From contig CAVZRV010000030.1 in the NCBI GenBank assembly GCA_963777605.1, positions 160,001-224,000 of the forward strand: 64,000 nucleotides of DNA, read 5' to 3'. Below the pieces are notes generated by a model. That model did no database searches. It saw only the letters and a list, made by a program, of their open reading frames with translations, and was not told where the DNA came from. The DNA is from an uncultured Acidobacteriota bacterium. Its GTDB lineage: Bacteria > Acidobacteriota > UBA6911 > RPQK01 > JAPXNP01. Positions 47,351 through 57,003 of this stretch are shown here, piece after piece. A program made the position numbers and the translations under genes. Position 1 is the first letter of the stretch; the number at the start of each line of letters is the position of its first letter.

Positions 47351-48282
47351 TTAAGCCAGTATTGAAGGATCAGTCCTTTCTGCGGAGTGTCCAGGCAGCA
47401 TCCAAGGCCTTGGACAGGCTGAACCTTTGGTGGTTGGGGCAGAGCGGTTTTCTTGTCCATTACGAAGGATTTAACGTGCTGCTCGATCCCTACCTGTCGG
47501 ATTCGCTGACTGAGAAGTACGCGCAAAGCGACCGGCCGCACGTGCGCATGACGGAGATCGTGGTTGACCCCGCTGAGTTGGGTTTCGTCGATGTGGTGAC
47601 GTCGAGTCACAACCACACAGACCATTTGGATGCCGGAACTCTAATCCCGATTCTGATGGCAAAATCGGAGCTTTCCCTGATCATCCCCGAGGCCAACCGA
47701 GATGCCGTGGCGGAGCGGCTCGGCTGTGACCGCGACTTGCCCATTGGGCTCGACGACGGCCTCAGCGTGAACGTCGGTCCGCTCTCGGTGACTGGAATTG
47801 CGGCTGCCCACGAAGATGTCGAGTTTGACGACGAGGGGCGTTGCCGGTACCTGGGCTACGTTATTCAGTTGGGGCCCTGGACCGTATATCACTCCGGGGA
47901 TACGCTCTGGCACGAGGAACTGGAAGAGCAGTTGAATGCATTTGCAGTCGATGTAGCTTTGCTTCCGATCAACGGCCGGGATCCGGAACGCGGAGTAGCC
48001 GGGAACCTGGACGGCCGTGAGGCCGCCCGCCTGGCCAAGGCGATCGATGCCAGGTTGGTAATTCCATGCCATTACGAGATGTTCGAGTTCAATACCGCCA
48101 CTCCCGACGATTTCATTGAGGAATGCGATCGACTCGGCCAGACTTGTCGGGTACTCCGCTGTGGGGAGCACTGGAGCGACCGCGAACTCGAAGATCTTGA
48201 CCAGGATGAAGCCAACTATGGCGGTCGGAACGGTGGTCGAGGGAGATCCAGAATCGACCAGGGTGAGTTTGAGGACAATTGA
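47347..48282 (+). CDS. MBL-fold metallohydrolase (UlaG-like)
   Basis: WWLGQSGF, DPYLS, SHNHTDH, YHSGDT, LPING, IP.HY.MF. Confidence 0.88.
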   Translation: MIKPVLKDQSFLRSVQAASKALDRLNLWWLGQSGFLVHYEGFNVLLDPYLSDSLTEKYAQSDRPHVRMTEIVVDPAELGFVDVVTSSHNHTDHLDAGTLIPILMAKSELSLIIPEANRDAVAERLGCDRDLPIGLDDGLSVNVGPLSVTGIAAAHEDVEFDDEGRCRYLGYVIQLGPWTVYHSGDTLWHEELEEQLNAFAVDVALLPINGRDPERGVAGNLDGREAARLAKAIDARLVIPCHYEMFEFNTATPDDFIEECDRLGQTCRVLRCGEHWSDRELEDLDQDEANYGGRNGGRGRSRIDQGEFEDN

Positions 48283-48294
48283 AAGGACAATTAG

Positions 48295-49203
48295 ATGGAA
48301 CGACCCAGTGGGCAGACGATTTCGAGGAGGGGAGTGTTGAAGGGATTGGGAGCGTCGGCGCTGTCTGCCGGGGTTCTCAGTTCTCCGGGCCTGGGCCAGA
48401 CCAAGGCCAAGGCCAAGCCGCACAATATGTGGGTTTCCCTGGCGGCCTACTCGGTACGTGATGCGCTGACCAGCGGGCGGATGGATCTGTTTCAGTTCAT
48501 CGACTGGTGTGCCCAGATGGACCTGGCAGGAGCGGAGCTGACCTCCTACTACTTTCCGGAGAAATTTGACGGAATGTACCTCCGCAGGCTGAGGAATCAC
48601 GCATTTCGGACCGGCGTGACCGTCTCGGGAACTGCGGTGAGAAATAATTTCTGCCTTCCGCCCGGCCCGGAGAAAGACCGCGAAATCGCCCACGTCAAGA
48701 CGTGGATCGACTATGCGTCCGAATTGTGGGCTCCCCACATCCGGGTCTTTGCCGGGGAACTTCCCAAGAATGCCGGCAAGCAGGAGGGTATCCAATGGGT
48801 CGCGGAGGGCATCAAGGCCGTCCTGGACCACGCCGCGGAAAAGGGCGTAGTGATCGGGGTGGAGAATCACGGCGGGATCACCGCACTGGCTCCCGACCTG
48901 CTGGCGATCTGCAATGCGGTGGGCAAGAGCCCGTGGTTTGGAGTGAACCTGGATACCGGTAATTTTCAGAAGGATCCTTACCGCGAGGTCGAGATGGCGG
49001 TTCCGCTTGCTGTCAACGTGCAGATTAAGGTTGAGGTCGTCGAAGGTGGAAAGAAGGTGCCGGCCGATTTGAACCGGATGGCGCGCATTTTGACTGACGG
49101 TGGTTATCGTGGCTGGGTGGCACTCGAATACGAAGCGGAAGCCGACCCCATGAAGGCGGTTCCGAACTATGTCCGCAGGCTCAAGGAACTGCTGGAAGTA
49201 TAG
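48295..49203 (+). CDS. Sugar phosphate isomerase/epimerase (TIM barrel) with Tat signal
   Basis: SRRGVLK, ENHGG, LDTGN, LEYE. Confidence 0.88.
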   Translation: MERPSGQTISRRGVLKGLGASALSAGVLSSPGLGQTKAKAKPHNMWVSLAAYSVRDALTSGRMDLFQFIDWCAQMDLAGAELTSYYFPEKFDGMYLRRLRNHAFRTGVTVSGTAVRNNFCLPPGPEKDREIAHVKTWIDYASELWAPHIRVFAGELPKNAGKQEGIQWVAEGIKAVLDHAAEKGVVIGVENHGGITALAPDLLAICNAVGKSPWFGVNLDTGNFQKDPYREVEMAVPLAVNVQIKVEVVEGGKKVPADLNRMARILTDGGYRGWVALEYEAEADPMKAVPNYVRRLKELLEV

Positions 49204-49222
49204 TCGCAGGAGTGATGAGATT

Positions 49223-50029
49223 TTGAACAATTGGATCGCCCCTGTCGAGGTTCGTAGCGAAGACGTTGAGGAACTGAGAAGGGCCAAGTTGTTGTTGGAA
49301 CGGCCTAGCCTTGCGGTCAAGCTGACCGACGCCCTCGGTGCACCGATTGAGCGGGGATTCAAACTTCTGCCCGAGAAATGGTCCGAATCGATCAACTCGG
49401 CGGTGAGAGTCTCCCTGGAACGTGCGTTGACGGTTGCGGTGCGGTCACTGCGGTCAAGCGGGACCCGGTCCACGAGAAACCGGTTACACCGGTTGGCCGT
49501 GGCGGCAGCCGGGGCCGGCGGAGGGGCGTTCGGGCTGGCTGGACTGGTTGTCGAGCTCCCGCTCTCAACCACAATCATGCTTCGCTCGATTGCCGATATT
49601 GCCCGGTCCGAGGGGGAGGACATCGGCCGCATCGAAAGCCAGCTCGCCTGCTTGGAAGTGTTCGCCCTCGGTGGCCGCAGTCCCAAGGATGATTCAGCAG
49701 AGACCGGCTACTTTGCGGTCCGCTCTGCCCTGGCGGGAACCGTCAGTGAGGCCGCTCGCTACCTGACCGAGCGGGGGTTGACTGAAAAAGGGGCGCCGGC
49801 GCTGGTTCGGCTGGTGACGGCGATCGGCGGTCGCTTCGGTGTCGCGGTGTCGGAGAAGATCGCGGCCACCGCGATTCCCGTCCTCGGCGCTCTTGGCGGC
49901 GCGGTTGTCAACACCCTCTTCATCAACCACTTTCAGGACATGGCCAAGGGCCACTTTACGGTCCGGCGGCTGGAGCGGGCGTATGGGCGATCGGTGGTCA
50001 AGGACCTCTACAATCAGCTCGAGAGTTGA
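49223..50029 (+). CDS. EcsC family protein
   Basis: GGAFGL..L.VELP.ST..MLRSIADIARSEGED, IPV.GA.GGA, GHF..RRLER; start estimated. Confidence 0.85.
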   Translation: MNNWIAPVEVRSEDVEELRRAKLLLERPSLAVKLTDALGAPIERGFKLLPEKWSESINSAVRVSLERALTVAVRSLRSSGTRSTRNRLHRLAVAAAGAGGGAFGLAGLVVELPLSTTIMLRSIADIARSEGEDIGRIESQLACLEVFALGGRSPKDDSAETGYFAVRSALAGTVSEAARYLTERGLTEKGAPALVRLVTAIGGRFGVAVSEKIAATAIPVLGALGGAVVNTLFINHFQDMAKGHFTVRRLERAYGRSVVKDLYNQLES

Positions 50030-50031
50030 GG

Positions 50032-50676
50032 TCAGAGGCCGAGCCAGGCATAGGCGAACCAGGTCCCCGCTTCTTCCTGGTAGCGGCGCACCAGTTCCCG
50101 GTTGGCTTCCGGTGCGGCGTTGGAGACCGGTTCTTCCTCTACCAGGTCCGGGTTCTGCTGCTGCAAGGCCTCAGATAGCTTCTCGAGGTTGAGCGATACG
50201 AAATTGGTGCCCAGGGCCTCGTAGAATTGCCCGCGGACCCAGCCGTACTCGTCGAGAGAGAACTTCTCCTGGTTCATTGCGTCAACCTGGACCTGCTTGA
50301 CTTTGAGAAGCGTGTCGCTGAAGTCCTTCCAGAAGGTCGCGAGTTCAGCAATGCCCGGTGGGTTGTCTGCCGAGGAATTGAAGCTCTCGTACTTGCTTTT
50401 GAGCATGTTGAGGTGGTCGCCCATCTGCTCCACGATGGTCCGCTGGACGCGGACGAATCGTTCGACCTGGGCGGCATTCAGAAGGCGGTCATCCGGGGGT
50501 GCGAACGGCTCCGCGTTCGAGACGCGGTTGTCCATGTCCGACATTTCGCCTACTTTCGCAAAACTGACGACGTATTCCTTGGCAGGCCTGTAAACGAAGA
50601 AATAGAGGCCGATGCTGCCGGCGATGACACCAATCAAAGCGAAAGCCACACAACCGAGGAGAATCTTCTTATTCAT
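50032..50676 (-). CDS. Membrane-anchored hypothetical protein
   Basis: N-terminal TM segment MNKKILLGCVAF...; helical soluble part. Confidence 0.7.
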   Translation of the reverse strand: MNKKILLGCVAFALIGVIAGSIGLYFFVYRPAKEYVVSFAKVGEMSDMDNRVSNAEPFAPPDDRLLNAAQVERFVRVQRTIVEQMGDHLNMLKSKYESFNSSADNPPGIAELATFWKDFSDTLLKVKQVQVDAMNQEKFSLDEYGWVRGQFYEALGTNFVSLNLEKLSEALQQQNPDLVEEEPVSNAAPEANRELVRRYQEEAGTWFAYAWLGL

Positions 50677-50763
50677 CAGAAAGGAACTATATACTAACCA
50701 GCGGCATAATTTATTAAGTGTCTAGAATAGATTCTTGAAGAGATCGGAAATCAGAGCGTAAGA

Positions 50764-53229
50764 ATGGCTACCGAGGTTTTGAAAGAACATCAAGTGGAAC
50801 AGATTGCCGACGCTTACCGGCGTTGGGGTTATCTGGAAGCAGACCTGGACTGGCTTGGGCGGCTCCTGCCGGAGCGGCACCCCGAGCTGCTGGACGAAGG
50901 CCCGAAAGCCGAACGGTTTCGTCGGATCTATTGTGGATCGATCGGGATTGAGTTCATGCACATACCCGACCCGAAGCGGCGTCGGTGGATTCAGGATCGG
51001 ATGGAATCGCGTTCCGAGGAGTTCGACCAGGAGCGCGTCCTGGGGTCCCTGATTCGCACCGACCTGCTTGAGCAGGTCCTCCAGACCCGTTACCTGGGCA
51101 ACAAGCGCTTCTCGATCAAGGGCCTCGACTCGCTGGTACCTCTCTTGCAGGAGTCGCTGGAGACGGCTTCCGAACGCGGGGCGAAGCGGGCTATGCTGGC
51201 AATGAGTCACCGGGGCCGGCTCAACGTGGTCACTCACGTGGTGGGACGACCGGCGGAAGAAGTTTTTGCCGGTTTTGAAGACGTCGATCCGAAGAGCACG
51301 CTGGGTGGCGGAGATGTCAAATATCACCTGGGTGCAACCGGAACCTATCAGACCAGGAGCGGTTCCATCGTCCACGTCCACCTGGTTTCGAATCCCAGTC
51401 ACCTGGAAGCGGTGGATCCGGTCGCACTCGGCCGGACCAAGGCTTACCAGACACGGCTCGGCCCGGGCAGCGAGAAGCTGGTCGTTCCGATCCTGATGCA
51501 CGGGGATGCTGCTTTTGCGGGGCAGGGTATTCTGGCGGAGGTTCTGAACCTCTGTTCGCTGGCAGGCTTCACGGTCGGCGGCACCGTCCATGTGATCGTC
51601 AACAATCTGCTCGGGTTCACTGCGAGCCCGGAAGAACTGCATTCGTCCCGGTTCGCTTCGGACGTCGCCAAGCGGGTTCCGATTCCGATTTTGCACGTTA
51701 ACGGCGAAGACCCCGACGCGGTGGTGCGGGCTGCCCGGATCGCCATGGACTACCGCTACGAGTTCGGCAGTGATGTTGTGGTCGACTTGATCGGTTATCG
51801 CCTCTTCGGGCACAGCGAGATCGACGACCCGACAATCACCCAGCCCCTCCTCTACAAGAAGATCGAGAGCCGGAATCCGCTCTGGAAGGACTATGCCGAC
51901 AAGTTGGGACTCACCTCGGAGGACCTGGAGCCCCGGGTGGCGGACTACCGGAAGGAGTTTGAGAAAGCGATCGAAGCGGCAAAGTCGAGAACCAAGCGTC
52001 CGGTGATGCGAGTCCTTCCCGACTATTGGAGTGGCTACTTCGGAGGGCGATATCGTTCGGAATACGAGGTTGAAACAGGTCTGTCCCGGGATCGACTGGC
52101 AGCCTACTCAGACCGGTTGACTACCTGGCCCGAGCATTTCCACGTCCACCCGAAGGTGGAGCGCCTGCTCGAGCAGCGCCGCCAGATGGGTAACGGGGAA
52201 AAGCCGGTGGACTACGGCATGGCGGAGGCCCTCGCTTTTGCCTCGATCGTCGATGAAGGCAATTTCGTTCGCTTGACCGGTCAAGACAGCAGGCGGGGGA
52301 CGTTCAATCACCGTCACAGCTTCCTGATCGACATCGAGGACGGCTCGGAGTACTGTCCGCTCAAGAACATCTCTGAAGGACAGGGCGAATTCGACAGCTA
52401 TGATTCGATGCTTTCCGAGGCGGCCGTTCTCGGGTTCGAGTACGGTGTGAGCCGGGATTATCCCGGCGGACTGGTCCTTTGGGAAGCCCAGTTCGGTGAT
52501 TTCGCCAACGGCGCCCAGGTGATCATCGACCAGTTTATCGTCGCGGCCGAGGACAAGTGGGAGCTGCTCTCTGGATTGGTGATGCTCCTCCCCCACGGTT
52601 ATGAGGGACAGGGGCCGGAGCACTCGAGCGCAAGGATCGAACGATTCCTGCAGCTGGCGGCCCGTGACAACGTCCAGATCGCGCAGCCTTCGACGGCCGG
52701 CCAGTACTTTCACCTGCTTCGCCGCCAGATCGGCAGGAAATGGCGCAAGCCGCTGATCGTTTTTACGCCGAAGAGCATGTTGCGGCATCCCAGTGCTGCC
52801 TCACCGATATCGGAACTCGAGGCACCGCGGTTTCAGCCTGTGCGTTCCGACCCTGCGGCCCAGGAAGTCAGCCGCGTCCTTCTCTGCACCGGCAAAATCG
52901 GTCACGAACTGACCAGGGAGCGGGACGCCCGTAAGGAATTGTCCACGGCAATTGTTTACCTCGACCAGCTCTATCCCTTCCCGGAGGCGGAACTGAGAGA
53001 AGAACTGTCGCGCCACCCGTCCCTGTCCGAAGTAGTCTGGGTACAGGAGGAGCCGGCCAACATGGGAGCGTTGTTTTTCGTGGAACCGAAGATTCGCCGT
53101 GTCATCGGATCGAAGGCGTTCCGGTCGGTCAAGCGCAGCGCGACTGCGACGCCGGCGACGGGTTCGGCCAAAGCTCACCAGGTGGAACAGAAGACACTGC
53201 TCACGCTGGCGTTTGCTCATCTGGGCTGA
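50764..53229 (+). CDS. sucA: 2-oxoglutarate dehydrogenase E1 (short form)
   Basis: MSHRGRLN, GDVKYH, NPSHLE, HGDAAFAGQG, GQDSRRGTF, WEAQFGDF, GPEHSSAR. Confidence 0.93.
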   Translation: MATEVLKEHQVEQIADAYRRWGYLEADLDWLGRLLPERHPELLDEGPKAERFRRIYCGSIGIEFMHIPDPKRRRWIQDRMESRSEEFDQERVLGSLIRTDLLEQVLQTRYLGNKRFSIKGLDSLVPLLQESLETASERGAKRAMLAMSHRGRLNVVTHVVGRPAEEVFAGFEDVDPKSTLGGGDVKYHLGATGTYQTRSGSIVHVHLVSNPSHLEAVDPVALGRTKAYQTRLGPGSEKLVVPILMHGDAAFAGQGILAEVLNLCSLAGFTVGGTVHVIVNNLLGFTASPEELHSSRFASDVAKRVPIPILHVNGEDPDAVVRAARIAMDYRYEFGSDVVVDLIGYRLFGHSEIDDPTITQPLLYKKIESRNPLWKDYADKLGLTSEDLEPRVADYRKEFEKAIEAAKSRTKRPVMRVLPDYWSGYFGGRYRSEYEVETGLSRDRLAAYSDRLTTWPEHFHVHPKVERLLEQRRQMGNGEKPVDYGMAEALAFASIVDEGNFVRLTGQDSRRGTFNHRHSFLIDIEDGSEYCPLKNISEGQGEFDSYDSMLSEAAVLGFEYGVSRDYPGGLVLWEAQFGDFANGAQVIIDQFIVAAEDKWELLSGLVMLLPHGYEGQGPEHSSARIERFLQLAARDNVQIAQPSTAGQYFHLLRRQIGRKWRKPLIVFTPKSMLRHPSAASPISELEAPRFQPVRSDPAAQEVSRVLLCTGKIGHELTRERDARKELSTAIVYLDQLYPFPEAELREELSRHPSLSEVVWVQEEPANMGALFFVEPKIRRVIGSKAFRSVKRSATATPATGSAKAHQVEQKTLLTLAFAHLG

Positions 53230-54211
53230 GCTGGAACCGGTTCTGGACGAACTGAATCTGAGGTGTTCCCGTACCCGCCTCGAAGGCGTCCGGGTCCTTC
53301 CCAATGAGCCGCAGTGGGTTGTCAAACCCGATGGTTCGGAGTTCCATCTCGTCGAGGATGCCGATTCCCGCGAGCACGTTCATGCACTCAAGGATCGTTG
53401 CGCTTGAGCCGACCAGGTGATTCCCCACCGGGTTCCAAAGCCGCCCCGAGGGCTCCAGGATGACATCCTGCCCGAGGGTGGTGTACTTCCCCGAAGGCAT
53501 TCCGGCGATGGGAGCCGAGTCGCTGACCACCAGGGTCTTTGCAGCGCCCCTCGCCTGGACAACCGATCGAATCAGGGTCTCGGGAACGTGATGGCTGTCG
53601 GTGATCAACATGAGCTTGAGGCGGTCCTCAGCCAGTTGATCCCAGAGAGGGTTGGGATGACGGGGCAGCATGTTGGGAATGCCGTTACCGAAGTGAGTCG
53701 ATGCTTCCGCTCCTGCATCACAGGCGGTGCGGATTTCGGGGTACGATGCCAGGTGGTGGCCGAGTGATACCTGCGCGCCGGTCCGCCGGATGTGGTGGAT
53801 GAGGTGCTCGCTGCCCGGAAGTTCGGGTGCCAGCGTGACCAGGGCGATACGATCATTGGCCCACTCCCGAAGGCGGTCGTAGAAGTCGATGTCGGGCAGC
53901 CGTGTCGCCGACTTCGGATGAGCGCCGCGGGCCCCATCCAGTGGCGAAATGAAGGGGCCCTCGAGGTGGATGCCGAGCAGGCTGTCGGCCATTTGAGGAT
54001 CTTCCATCGCGCGGGCGAGGACGGGGAGGTTCTCCCGATAGATCGCCAGGTCTGAGGTGATCACGGTCGGACAGTAGGCTGCGGTGCCCCGTTTGCGGAG
54101 TGCGCCGGTTACCCGGGCCACGGCGTCGACGGTGAGTCCGGGCGCGGAAAAATCGGTTCCGAGAAAGCCGTTGACCTGCAGGTCTATGAATCCGGTCAGA
54201 GCTGATGACAT
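53201..54211 (-). CDS. nagA: N-acetylglucosamine-6-phosphate deacetylase family
   Basis: GFIDLQVNG, PT.IT, HLEGPF, GAH, TLAPE, GH, TH.GN. Confidence 0.85.
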   Translation of the reverse strand: MSSALTGFIDLQVNGFLGTDFSAPGLTVDAVARVTGALRKRGTAAYCPTVITSDLAIYRENLPVLARAMEDPQMADSLLGIHLEGPFISPLDGARGAHPKSATRLPDIDFYDRLREWANDRIALVTLAPELPGSEHLIHHIRRTGAQVSLGHHLASYPEIRTACDAGAEASTHFGNGIPNMLPRHPNPLWDQLAEDRLKLMLITDSHHVPETLIRSVVQARGAAKTLVVSDSAPIAGMPSGKYTTLGQDVILEPSGRLWNPVGNHLVGSSATILECMNVLAGIGILDEMELRTIGFDNPLRLIGKDPDAFEAGTGTPQIQFVQNRFQLSPDEQTPA

Positions 54212-54336
54212 CGCGTTCCCTTTCGGCAATCTTCGCTGCTTGACTTTACGGGGCATTCTAACCGTTTCTCGGAATCAGTGGTTACTGGAACGCGGGAACT
54301 CCACATCGTCCGGGCTCTCGTGTATATTGCGACTTC

Positions 54337-56034
54337 GTGAATATCTCAACCGCTGACTGGATTGTCCTGGTTGCCTACCTGATTGTGGTCGCTACGATCG
54401 GCTTGATCGCCGGGCTGAAGGTACGCAACACGGATCATTACTTTCTCGGAGGCCGTAAGTTTGGGAAGTGGCTGATGATCGGCCAGAGCTTCGGAATCGG
54501 TACCCACGCCGAAATGCCGGTATCCCTGGCTGGAGCCGTCTACAGCACCGGAATGTCGGGGATCTGGTTTCACTGGAAGAACCTGTTTGCGACCCCTTTC
54601 TACTGGATCATGGCCCCCGTCTTTCGCCGGATCCGCCGGACCACGATCGCGGAGTTGACCGAAGACCGCTACGGGGCCTGGATGGGGGGAGTCTACACGG
54701 TCTTCGCCCTCGCCTATTTCACTCTCAACACGGCCAGCATGCTCAAGGGGGCGGCCAAGGTGATCAACCAGGCGGGGGGGGGTGACATTGGGGTCAACAA
54801 CATCGTGATCGCGATGACGGTCATCTTCATCCTCTACAGTTTCGTCGGGGGACTCATCGCGACCGCCTGGACCGACTTCTTCCAGGGGTTCCTGATCATC
54901 GCACTCTCCTTCATGCTGGTTCCATTGGGATGGTCGGCCGTAGGGGGGCTGGGAGGAATGAAAGAAACTCTGGATGGGTACATGTTCTCTCTTTCCGCCC
55001 CGGAAGGCATCACCGTGTGGGTCATTGTCATGCTGACGGTCAACGGCCTGATCGGCATCATGGCCCAGCCACACATGCTGGCCGCGGTGGGAACCGGCAA
55101 GGACGAGAACACCTGCCGGATCGGTTTCTACTACGGCAACTACGTGAAGCGAATCTGCACCGTGGGCTGGGCGCTTGTCGGAATTATCGTCGCCGTAATG
55201 GTGGCCCGCGGCATGTTCGGAATCGATTCCCTGAACGATCCCGAGGACGCGTTTGGATTTGCCTGTCGCCACCTGCTCTTTCCCGGGTCGCTCGGGCTGT
55301 TGATTGCCAGTATCCTGGCCGCCAACATGTCCACCTGCTCGGCATTCATGGTCGATAGCGGAGCGCTCTTCACCGAGGGACTGTTTCGCAAGCACCTGGC
55401 TCAGGGGCGGTCCGACGGTTACTATCTCTGGGTTGGCCGGATCAGTGGCTTCGTGGTCACCATGTTCGGTGTCCTCTACGCGCTCTTCCTGATTGACCGG
55501 GTGCTTTACTCTTTTCTTCTTACCGAGACACTCGCCACCTACATGGGAGTCAGCCTCCTCGGCGGAATTTTCTGGCGCCGAGCGAATCGCTGGGGCGCCA
55601 TTGCCAGCATGATTGTCGCCTTGATTGTCAATTTCGGACTCTACGCTGCAATGGGAGAGCGTTTGGACAGTTGGGACGCCAACGTGTTCCTGGCGGCATT
55701 GCTTTCGGGGATTGTGACCCTGGTCGTGGTCAGCCTGTTGACTCCGGAGGAGAATCGGGACCAGCTCAGTTCCTTTTTCGGGCGGTTGGATACTCCGGCT
55801 GACGGGGGCGAGTCCGACGAACATGCCGATTTGCCGGAGCCGTCGTCCGAAGACGTCCGGGCCAACGCGGAATCGGGCCGGCAACTGCTCCTGGTCAATC
55901 TGCTCCGTCCTCGTAAGGGAGCGGCAGGAGTTCCTTTCATGCGGGCGTTCTCGCACGATCTGCGTGGATTCGTGATCGGCTGGGGTCTTGCGATTGGGCT
56001 GGTGTTGATCACCTGGATCTTTCTCAAATTCTGA
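54337..56034 (+). CDS. Sodium:solute symporter
   Basis: YFLGGR, GG..A..WTD..QG, LAA.MST, W.RAN..GA; many TM segments. Confidence 0.9.
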   Translation: MNISTADWIVLVAYLIVVATIGLIAGLKVRNTDHYFLGGRKFGKWLMIGQSFGIGTHAEMPVSLAGAVYSTGMSGIWFHWKNLFATPFYWIMAPVFRRIRRTTIAELTEDRYGAWMGGVYTVFALAYFTLNTASMLKGAAKVINQAGGGDIGVNNIVIAMTVIFILYSFVGGLIATAWTDFFQGFLIIALSFMLVPLGWSAVGGLGGMKETLDGYMFSLSAPEGITVWVIVMLTVNGLIGIMAQPHMLAAVGTGKDENTCRIGFYYGNYVKRICTVGWALVGIIVAVMVARGMFGIDSLNDPEDAFGFACRHLLFPGSLGLLIASILAANMSTCSAFMVDSGALFTEGLFRKHLAQGRSDGYYLWVGRISGFVVTMFGVLYALFLIDRVLYSFLLTETLATYMGVSLLGGIFWRRANRWGAIASMIVALIVNFGLYAAMGERLDSWDANVFLAALLSGIVTLVVVSLLTPEENRDQLSSFFGRLDTPADGGESDEHADLPEPSSEDVRANAESGRQLLLVNLLRPRKGAAGVPFMRAFSHDLRGFVIGWGLAIGLVLITWIFLKF

Positions 56035-56061
56035 GGCCGTGACCGGATTATGGAGTTCTGA

Positions 56062-57003
56062 ATGGGCATCATGAGAGGTCTGGTCTCGCAGCAACTCCTT
56101 CGTCTCATTGCCCGTTCACTGGCCCCGCTGACCCTGGTAGGGGCCATCGTTGCGTTGCTGCATCCGTCGGTATTCCTGATTTTCGGTGACTCGTTTCTCT
56201 GGTTTTTTGCGGCGACCATGCTGGCGCTGGGCGTCGTGCTGGAGCCCTCGGAGTTTGTGGACACGATCAAGCGACCGCGGGAAATTACGCTTGGGATCCT
56301 GACTCAGTTCACCGTGATGCCCCTCCTCGGATTCCTGGCCGCCTGGTACGGAGGGTTGAGCCCGGGAGTCGCTCTAGGTTTTGTGATTGTCGGGTGTGCA
56401 CCAGGTGCGATGGCGAGTAACGTGGTGGTTTACCTGGCAGGCGGCGCCGTTGCCTATTCGGTGACCCTGACCAGCGTTGCAACCTTCCTGTCTCCCGTTC
56501 TCACGCCACTCCTGGTGGAGTGGTTGGGGGGGGCCTTCCTGCCGATTCCATTCTGGCCGATGATGTTGACGATTCTCTGGACCGTGCTTCTCCCGCTCCT
56601 CTTGGGGATGATCATCCGGAGGCGGCTGGGTCGGACGGCGGCCGTGGTAGGTGAACTGGCTCCGGTGGTTGCGGTGGTCTCAATCGTGGTAATAATCGGG
56701 TACGCGGTAGCTGCCAATCAGGCCCGCCTTCTCACAGTCGGCATTCGGGTATTCGCCCTCGTGGTGCTCGTCAACGGCTTGGGCTACGTTCTTGGATGGT
56801 ATCTGGGGGGGCTGTACGGGTTCAATCGACGATACCGACTGACTTTGATGATCGAGATAGGGATGCAGAACGCCGGTCTCGGTGTCGCCCTGGCGCTGCG
56901 GCATTTTGGGCCGGAAACGGCGATGCCGGGCGCGCTGTTTGCGACCTGGTGCATTCTGACTGCGGCGCTGGCTTCTGCATTGTTCAAGAGAAAGGTTGTC
57001 TGA
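56062..57003 (+). CDS. Bile acid:sodium symporter family protein
   Basis: QF.VMP, PG..ASNV, E.GMQNAGL. Confidence 0.9.
   Translation: MGIMRGLVSQQLLRLIARSLAPLTLVGAIVALLHPSVFLIFGDSFLWFFAATMLALGVVLEPSEFVDTIKRPREITLGILTQFTVMPLLGFLAAWYGGLSPGVALGFVIVGCAPGAMASNVVVYLAGGAVAYSVTLTSVATFLSPVLTPLLVEWLGGAFLPIPFWPMMLTILWTVLLPLLLGMIIRRRLGRTAAVVGELAPVVAVVSIVVIIGYAVAANQARLLTVGIRVFALVVLVNGLGYVLGWYLGGLYGFNRRYRLTLMIEIGMQNAGLGVALALRHFGPETAMPGALFATWCILTAALASALFKRKVV

Noticed and set aside
47641-49686. 681-aa antisense ORF
   Set aside because: Shadow of three well-supported + strand genes; no motifs; expected with high-GC codon bias.
54346-56094. 582-aa antisense ORF
   Set aside because: Mirrors the SSS transporter; typical shadow ORF.
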